Part shown: in pieces, positions 16,596 to 21,662 of the stretch
How positions within the stretch are numbered: position 1 is the stretch's first letter
Layout: the number at the start of each line of letters is the position of its first letter
Source of the DNA: Candidatus Thorarchaeota archaeon
GTDB lineage: Archaea; Asgardarchaeota; Thorarchaeia; Thorarchaeales; Thorarchaeaceae
Direction of reading: 5' to 3'
Length of the DNA: 21,662 bases
Assembly (NCBI GenBank): GCA_046758445.1
Contig: JBHIAE010000049.1
Span: forward strand, 1-21,662
Notes under the pieces: generated by a model
The model's input: the letters and a program-made list of their open reading frames with translations, nothing else
Database searches by the model: none
Told to the model about the DNA's origin: nothing
Position numbers and translations under genes: made by a program

Positions 16596-17966
16596 CTAGC
16601 CTCCCTCCTTAACTATGCCCGTTGCGTAGTGTCCCACTGCATAACCCGTGCTCAACGACACGCCAAGACCGCTCTTCTCAGACGGGAAGTTGTGCCCAGC
16701 CAGAATCGAGCCTGCACAGAAGAGATTCTCAGCGGCATATTCACCTTCCTGATCTATGGGCCTAAATGCCGCATCAACGCTCAGCCCTGCGCCCAAGAAG
16801 GGCTGTCCCCTAGGACTTAGTGCCAGAGTATTGGTTTGCCTCAGCGGCAACGTTTCAGCGGCTGAATAGAACTCCCCGGTCACTGCCATCAGACCAAAGA
16901 CAGTTTCACGAAAGCCGTTCTGATCGCCTTCAATGCCGCCTCCTATGAACTTCCCGGTGGCCAACACGACTGCCTTTGGTGTGACTTCAAGACTTCTTCT
17001 TGGACTTCTCGCCTTGACCCTCATCACCTGACGTTCTTCTATTGAGCCGGAAACGACCTCATGGCCAATAAGGAGCCTTCCTCCTGCTTCAAGGTACATT
17101 TGGTCAAGGGCTTTCTGGAGCCTCAGCCCTGGCACTGAGGGAGGAAAAGCAAGAAGTTCAAACACAATTGCTCCCAACTCATCCTGCATCTTCTTTGCAT
17201 TCTTTACTGACGATTCAACTCCGAGGACTGGAGGAAGGGCGACATGAGTGGCACCCACTTGGTCGATGTGCTTCTTCAGAGAATCCACTAGTTCTGTAAT
17301 CGAGGCATCATGATCAAAATGCCTAGCAAGCTCAATTGAGGACACGTTGTACTGTTTTCCGTGTGGAGTAATGTCAACGATGCAGTGTCCTACCTTGTGT
17401 GGTGGTTCGCTCCTCTGCATTTGTCGCTCAAGGAACGCCTTCGATGCAACCGATGGATGGAAATCTGGATGACCATGGAATCCAGCAAACAGAAGGACAC
17501 TATCATCCGCCTCCATCAGGCCGCCGTTCCACATTGTTTTCTGAACCAGACAGGTCGGTTTGGTGGTCCCGAGGACTGTAATGGGGTGTACGTTGGTTTC
17601 GAAACCTCCATACAACGGCGCTATGGAATCTTTCAACTGACCCTGAAGCCACTCAATCGGAGATCTCACACTCTCGATGACTCTTGTCAGGATATTGTCC
17701 GTCTGTGTTTCCTGAAAAGCAAACATCCCGTAGGGATGGAACGGGTGGATTTCTGTGATTAACTGAAGACCTTCAATGGGTGCAGAGAAGGGAATCAAAG
17801 TCGCTGGAAGGTATCCGATGACATCTACGGCGCCTGACGAGTAAGCTGTTGCACCCTGGCCTTTCCGAAGAACCAGCGTGTTCAATCCGTTCTCAGCAGC
17901 TATCGTTCCAGCAACTAGCCCTGCCATTCCACCACCAATGACAAGAACCTCAACGTCCAGGTCCAA
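16596..17966 (-). CDS. glpB: Anaerobic glycerol-3-phosphate dehydrogenase subunit B
   Basis: VIGGGMAG, GQGATAYSSGAVD, TVLGTTKPT, PPSVPGLRL, VLATGKFIGGG, NLFCAGSILAG, EKSGLGV. Confidence 0.9.
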   Translation of the reverse strand: MDLDVEVLVIGGGMAGLVAGTIAAENGLNTLVLRKGQGATAYSSGAVDVIGYLPATLIPFSAPIEGLQLITEIHPFHPYGMFAFQETQTDNILTRVIESVRSPIEWLQGQLKDSIAPLYGGFETNVHPITVLGTTKPTCLVQKTMWNGGLMEADDSVLLFAGFHGHPDFHPSVASKAFLERQMQRSEPPHKVGHCIVDITPHGKQYNVSSIELARHFDHDASITELVDSLKKHIDQVGATHVALPPVLGVESSVKNAKKMQDELGAIVFELLAFPPSVPGLRLQKALDQMYLEAGGRLLIGHEVVSGSIEERQVMRVKARSPRRSLEVTPKAVVLATGKFIGGGIEGDQNGFRETVFGLMAVTGEFYSAAETLPLRQTNTLALSPRGQPFLGAGLSVDAAFRPIDQEGEYAAENLFCAGSILAGHNFPSEKSGLGVSLSTGYAVGHYATGIVKEGG

Positions 17967-19634
17967 CTACATCCACTCCTCCCACGGTTTGAGGTCGTAG
18001 TCAACCTTCGCACGGTCAAGGTTCCCGACACATGCGTAGATGCCCTGTGTCAATTCCTCTTGGGCCAGTTGCTCACCTCGAATCGGTTGGCGGATACCCT
18101 TCCATCTCTCGGCCCGAAAGTCCAGGATGTCAACTTGGAAGTCTTCACCGCTGAGTTCCAGCTCTTCAGCCAGAATTGCAGCAGCCTTGTACGTACAGAA
18201 CGTCCCTTGACATGGCCCAGTGCCTAGACGCACCCTGCGTCTGATATCATTCAGCGTCTGGGGAAATTCCTCTCTGATGGTATAGCGAATCTCTGCCTCC
18301 AGGATAGGCTCGCAAGTACAGACCGTCGTCTTCCATTCAGGATAGTCCCGCGTCAGCTCTAGTACCTTAAGCATCTCTGTGCCTCGCCGAGCCCGCATCC
18401 TCTCCAGAGTGTGTTGAGGAATGCCATACTCTGTCGAAAGCGGCAGGATGTCAACGTCATCCTCGTTACCCGGCAGAGGCTTTTCGTGAGTGGTGGTCTT
18501 CTTGTCAACATTCAGCCTTGTACATACAAGGTCAGTCGCTGCCTCTGCCATGTGTCTACACATGACAAGCTTTCCGCCTGTGAAGCTCACAAGACCAGAA
18601 GCACCTTGAGATTCATGATCGATGACCTCATAGCCCCGAGTCACATCTCCCTCTGGAATCTTCCATGTGGGTACTAGCGGTCTAACGCCTGCCATCGTGC
18701 GGATGATTCTTGCTTCTCTGATAGAAGGAATGACCCATTCCATGCTTTGCAGAAGATACTCGATCTCGTCATGTGTTGCGACAAGTGTATCAGGATCTTC
18801 CCAAGTGTCAAGTGCTGTTGTTCCCAGCAACGTTGTGTTCTCGTGCGGGAATAGATAGATCATCCTCCCATCGACGGCTTTCGCAATGATTCCTACGTTC
18901 ACCACGCGTCGGTCTAGAATTATATGAGCGCCCTTGTTCGTTCTCAACTCTAGCTCCGCCCCTGCAAGTGAAGCGATCTTGTCCGCCCAAGGTCCACCTG
19001 CATTGACTATCGTTTTCGTCTTGACGCTCTCAACTTCACTGGTAACTCGATTGTAGAAGACTACAGACTCTATCTTCTCTTCCTGTTTGGTGATCTCAAC
19101 GACTTCGCAATATGTGCGAATCTCCGCACCATGTATCTTGGCATCAAGAGCCTGGAGTAGACATAGACGGAATGGATCAATGAAAAACTCCTCAAAGTAC
19201 ATGCTCGAGATTATGTTGGGATTCAACATGGGCTCGATCTTCATTGCATCCTCAGGTTCAAGAAACAAGACAGGAGGAACATCTCGAGTTTCTGCACGCT
19301 TCGAGTACTCCGCGGCAAAGTTCCCTCCGCTAGAGAGATCGCTCAGTTCTAGAATAGGGGTCAAGATCGGGTTCTTCATTATGATGTGTCGTGCAATCCG
19401 GTTGAGATGGACAACCTCCTCAGAACAAATGTCGACAATCTCAGGTTCATCCATGTACTTCAGTCCTGAAGATATCATCCCCGCACAAGTGCCGACTGTG
19501 GCAGATGCGATGTCATCGCGCTCGAGTAGGAGCGTTCGGAGACCGCGCATGGCGCAGTCCCGCGCCACGGAGGTGCCCGTGCTTCCGCCGCCAATCACAA
19601 CCACATCAAAGTCCGAATCATTCATTCCGCTCAC
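17967..19634 (-). CDS. glpA: Anaerobic glycerol-3-phosphate dehydrogenase subunit A-like flavoprotein with BFD-like [2Fe-2S] tail
   Basis: VIGGGSTG..ARDCAMRGL, DPFRL, VNAGGPWAD, KGAHI, AGVRPL, GGKL...R.MAE, VCTCE...RVRLGTGPCQGTFC. Confidence 0.9.
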   Translation of the reverse strand: MSGMNDSDFDVVVIGGGSTGTSVARDCAMRGLRTLLLERDDIASATVGTCAGMISSGLKYMDEPEIVDICSEEVVHLNRIARHIIMKNPILTPILELSDLSSGGNFAAEYSKRAETRDVPPVLFLEPEDAMKIEPMLNPNIISSMYFEEFFIDPFRLCLLQALDAKIHGAEIRTYCEVVEITKQEEKIESVVFYNRVTSEVESVKTKTIVNAGGPWADKIASLAGAELELRTNKGAHIILDRRVVNVGIIAKAVDGRMIYLFPHENTTLLGTTALDTWEDPDTLVATHDEIEYLLQSMEWVIPSIREARIIRTMAGVRPLVPTWKIPEGDVTRGYEVIDHESQGASGLVSFTGGKLVMCRHMAEAATDLVCTRLNVDKKTTTHEKPLPGNEDDVDILPLSTEYGIPQHTLERMRARRGTEMLKVLELTRDYPEWKTTVCTCEPILEAEIRYTIREEFPQTLNDIRRRVRLGTGPCQGTFCTYKAAAILAEELELSGEDFQVDILDFRAERWKGIRQPIRGEQLAQEELTQGIYACVGNLDRAKVDYDLKPWEEWM

Positions 19635-19675
19635 GACCTATGAGTACTCTTCTCCCTGACCTCCGGACCCACCAA

Positions 19676-21130
19676 TCAATAGTGTGCGAGTAATGTGGAG
19701 AGCTCAGACAGTAGCAGTTTCTCGAATATCTGGTACTTCTCTTCGTAGAGTGAAGCATTCTCAGGTATGGGCTGCCTCTTCTCTTCAACATGAAACATGT
19801 TTCCGATTGCTTCATTGAAAGAGCTGTAGACACCTGATCCGACAGCTGCAAGCATCGCCGCCCCGATGACGGTGGAGTCTCTTGACCTTGGAAGAACGAC
19901 AGTCTTGCCAGTGCAATCGGACATGATTTGACGCCAGAGAGGAGAGTTCGCACCACCGCCATCGATTCTTAGCTCCTCAAATTCCCGATCTAGCATCTCT
20001 TCCATCGTCTTGACATAGAACTGGATGCCGTGTCCGTTCCCTTCCATGATGGCTCTTGCTACATGGGCTTTCGTGTGTTCGAAACCTAGGTTGTACAATA
20101 TACCCTTGGTGAATGCCATGAAGGGGAAGAAGACCAGCCCCTCACTACCGGGAGGTACGTTCCTTGTAGACGCTTCAATCAGCTCGTAGATGTCTTCTTC
20201 ACCCTTCCCTGCAAGTGCTGCGTCAGCTTGGTAGTACTGATCACGGTACCATTTGAATGCCCATCCGGTTCCTGGGAGAACGCCCTCCAAAATCCAGCTC
20301 CCCGGAGTCGCACTAGGATTGCTGTACATCACGTACGGGTCTTCAATGTACTCGTCAGTATGCGTTATGACAAAAGTCCCGGTCCCAGTGGTTGCCTTTA
20401 CTACTCCGGTCCTGGTCGTTCCTGTGCCCAGAGCAGAGCATTGTTGGTCACCTGAACCCATGATCAACGGTGTTCCCTTGCGGAGTCCGGTGGCTTTCGA
20501 TGAGTCTGAAGTGATCTCTCCAATTACGGTTCCCGGCTCCACGATGTCCGCATACTTGCTTGCAGGGATTCCTGTTTCCTCACAGATCTCGTCTGACCAT
20601 TTCAGAGTTGAATGGTCTATGGGGCCAAACCTCGCATTGGATGGTTCTGTCACCATTGCACCACAAAGGCGATTGTATAGGTATGCATCCAGAGTGACAA
20701 ACTTGTGAGCCGCCTTGAATATCTTCGATTTGTTCTCTGACATCCACAGAATCTTCGTAAGAGACCTTCGGGGTCCAATTAGCTCTGCAAGTTCGTCCTT
20801 TCTCTTGCTTGTGCGATTGTCTGTCCATAGTATGGTGGGACCAAGTGGGTTTCCCTTCTTGTCTATAGGCGTAATGCAATCGCGAGTTGTTGCCATAACT
20901 GCCCCCACAACAGCCTCTGCTCCCGGCCCATACTCGGACAAGGCGCGTTGCATTGTTGTACAGGCTGTTCTCCAAAATGTATCCGCAAGTTGTTCGTGCG
21001 TCGCTAGTTCCCGTGGAGTAGGAGGATACTCCTCGTATGCTTTGCCCAGTTCGCGACCTTCCTCATCCACCAAGACCGACCGGGTGCCAGTAGTGCCAAT
21101 ATCAAAGACTGCAAAGACTCGCTGACTCAT
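19676..21130 (-). CDS. FGGY-family carbohydrate kinase (glycerol kinase/xylulokinase-like)
   Basis: FDIGTTGTRS, ILWTDNRT, KILWM, GDQQ, TGTGTF, VPPGSEGL, ARAIMEG, IDGGGANS.LW.QI. ATG 21130 follows an AGGTGA SD (ORF track: 21139). Confidence 0.9.
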   Translation of the reverse strand: MSQRVFAVFDIGTTGTRSVLVDEEGRELGKAYEEYPPTPRELATHEQLADTFWRTACTTMQRALSEYGPGAEAVVGAVMATTRDCITPIDKKGNPLGPTILWTDNRTSKRKDELAELIGPRRSLTKILWMSENKSKIFKAAHKFVTLDAYLYNRLCGAMVTEPSNARFGPIDHSTLKWSDEICEETGIPASKYADIVEPGTVIGEITSDSSKATGLRKGTPLIMGSGDQQCSALGTGTTRTGVVKATTGTGTFVITHTDEYIEDPYVMYSNPSATPGSWILEGVLPGTGWAFKWYRDQYYQADAALAGKGEEDIYELIEASTRNVPPGSEGLVFFPFMAFTKGILYNLGFEHTKAHVARAIMEGNGHGIQFYVKTMEEMLDREFEELRIDGGGANSPLWRQIMSDCTGKTVVLPRSRDSTVIGAAMLAAVGSGVYSSFNEAIGNMFHVEEKRQPIPENASLYEEKYQIFEKLLLSELSTLLAHY

Positions 21131-21236
21131 GTAGTTCACCTGTTCAGTCTATTAAGCAGAAGGTCTTAGCTGCAACGCGCAATATGAATCGTCCGACAGA
21201 GAGAGTTATAGGAGTGGCTGTCTGAATACGGGCTCG

Positions 21237-21662
21237 ATGTCAGACTATCCTGTTCACGTAGAAGTGGAGCCGGGTGTGCATCTCATACGAGGACTCAACA
21301 AGGCTCAATTCCCAGAAGCCAATTCTCTTCTAATCGATGATGAAATTCTCACCCTTGTAGATGCCGGCTCCGCCAGAGAACAGGTTGTGAGCACGATGAG
21401 AGACCTCGGACATAAGCCGGAGGACCTTGACAGAATCGTATTGACTCATTTCCACATCGACCACAAGGGACATGCAGAGCACTTCCGCGAGCTCTCTGAC
21501 TGTGAGGTCATCTGTCATCCGTTGTCAGATGAGGGCGTCAAGACGTTTGAGGGAATGGCCGGTTGCTGGGGGGTCGAACACCACAACAAGATTAGCGACT
21601 GGAAATCGTGGCTCCAGGGTTGGCTGCCTTATGTGACATCTGACTACGTAGTCACAGGACAT
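21237..21662 (+). CDS. Metallo-beta-lactamase fold hydrolase (5' part; runs off the window)
   Basis: My translation: MSDYPVHVEVEPGVHLIRGLNKAQFPEANSLLIDDEILTLVDAG...DRIVLTHFHIDHKG...; HxHxDH motif; open to the window end; TTATAG at 21206-21211. Absent from the ORF track because it has no stop in the window. Confidence 0.88.
   Translation, partial: MSDYPVHVEVEPGVHLIRGLNKAQFPEANSLLIDDEILTLVDAGSAREQVVSTMRDLGHKPEDLDRIVLTHFHIDHKGHAEHFRELSDCEVICHPLSDEGVKTFEGMAGCWGVEHHNKISDWKSWLQGWLPYVTSDYVVTGH

Noticed and set aside
3142-17969. Genome-wide reassignment of TAG to a sense codon
   Set aside because: TAG ends many genes at their natural family C-termini or at convergent boundaries (3144, 3178, 5016, 6336, 7412, 8228, 11097), and no conserved domain is interrupted by TAG.
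19087-19659. 190-aa plus-strand ORF, and similar antisense ORFs (4329-4781, 20253-20708, 20715-21125, 3706-4107)
   Set aside because: Antisense shadows of well-supported genes, Ser/Thr/Pro-rich or motif-free, with no family signatures.
21330-21518. 62-aa minus-strand ORF
   Set aside because: Antisense to the MBL-fold gene that carries the HxHxDH motif.

Overview
Gene-dense archaeal window, most likely Asgard (Thorarchaeia-like). This is inferred from archaeal TATA and GGTG/GGAG ribosome-binding signals, a COG2517 tRNA-binding protein, PAC2, PDCD5, a longin-wHTH protein, a stand-alone 7TM protein and a small CPxC/H..H protein. The left half (1-11 kb) mixes housekeeping and Asgard-type genes: COG2403/ArcE-like P-loop enzyme, MazG, TatD, PDCD5-like, PAC2, a SNAP/TPR-like solenoid and an RsmB/NOP2 m5C methyltransferase. 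The right half holds the best candidate for an undescribed system, a tightly coupled minus-strand operon: divergent FGGY kinase, GlpA, GlpB, GlpC, an alkyl-DHAP-synthase(AGPS)-like flavoprotein and a second CCG Fe-S protein. It is followed by an MSMEG_0568/NitD-type radical SAM gene and a GNAT. I interpret it (inference) as a pathway for a substituted glycerol, possibly glycerol-ether lipid breakdown or remodelling via alkyl-DHAP. A metallo-beta-lactamase-fold gene missing from the ORF track starts at 21237 and runs off the window. No tRNA, rRNA, CRISPR array or mobile element was seen. All family calls are by visual motif recognition; no searches were run.
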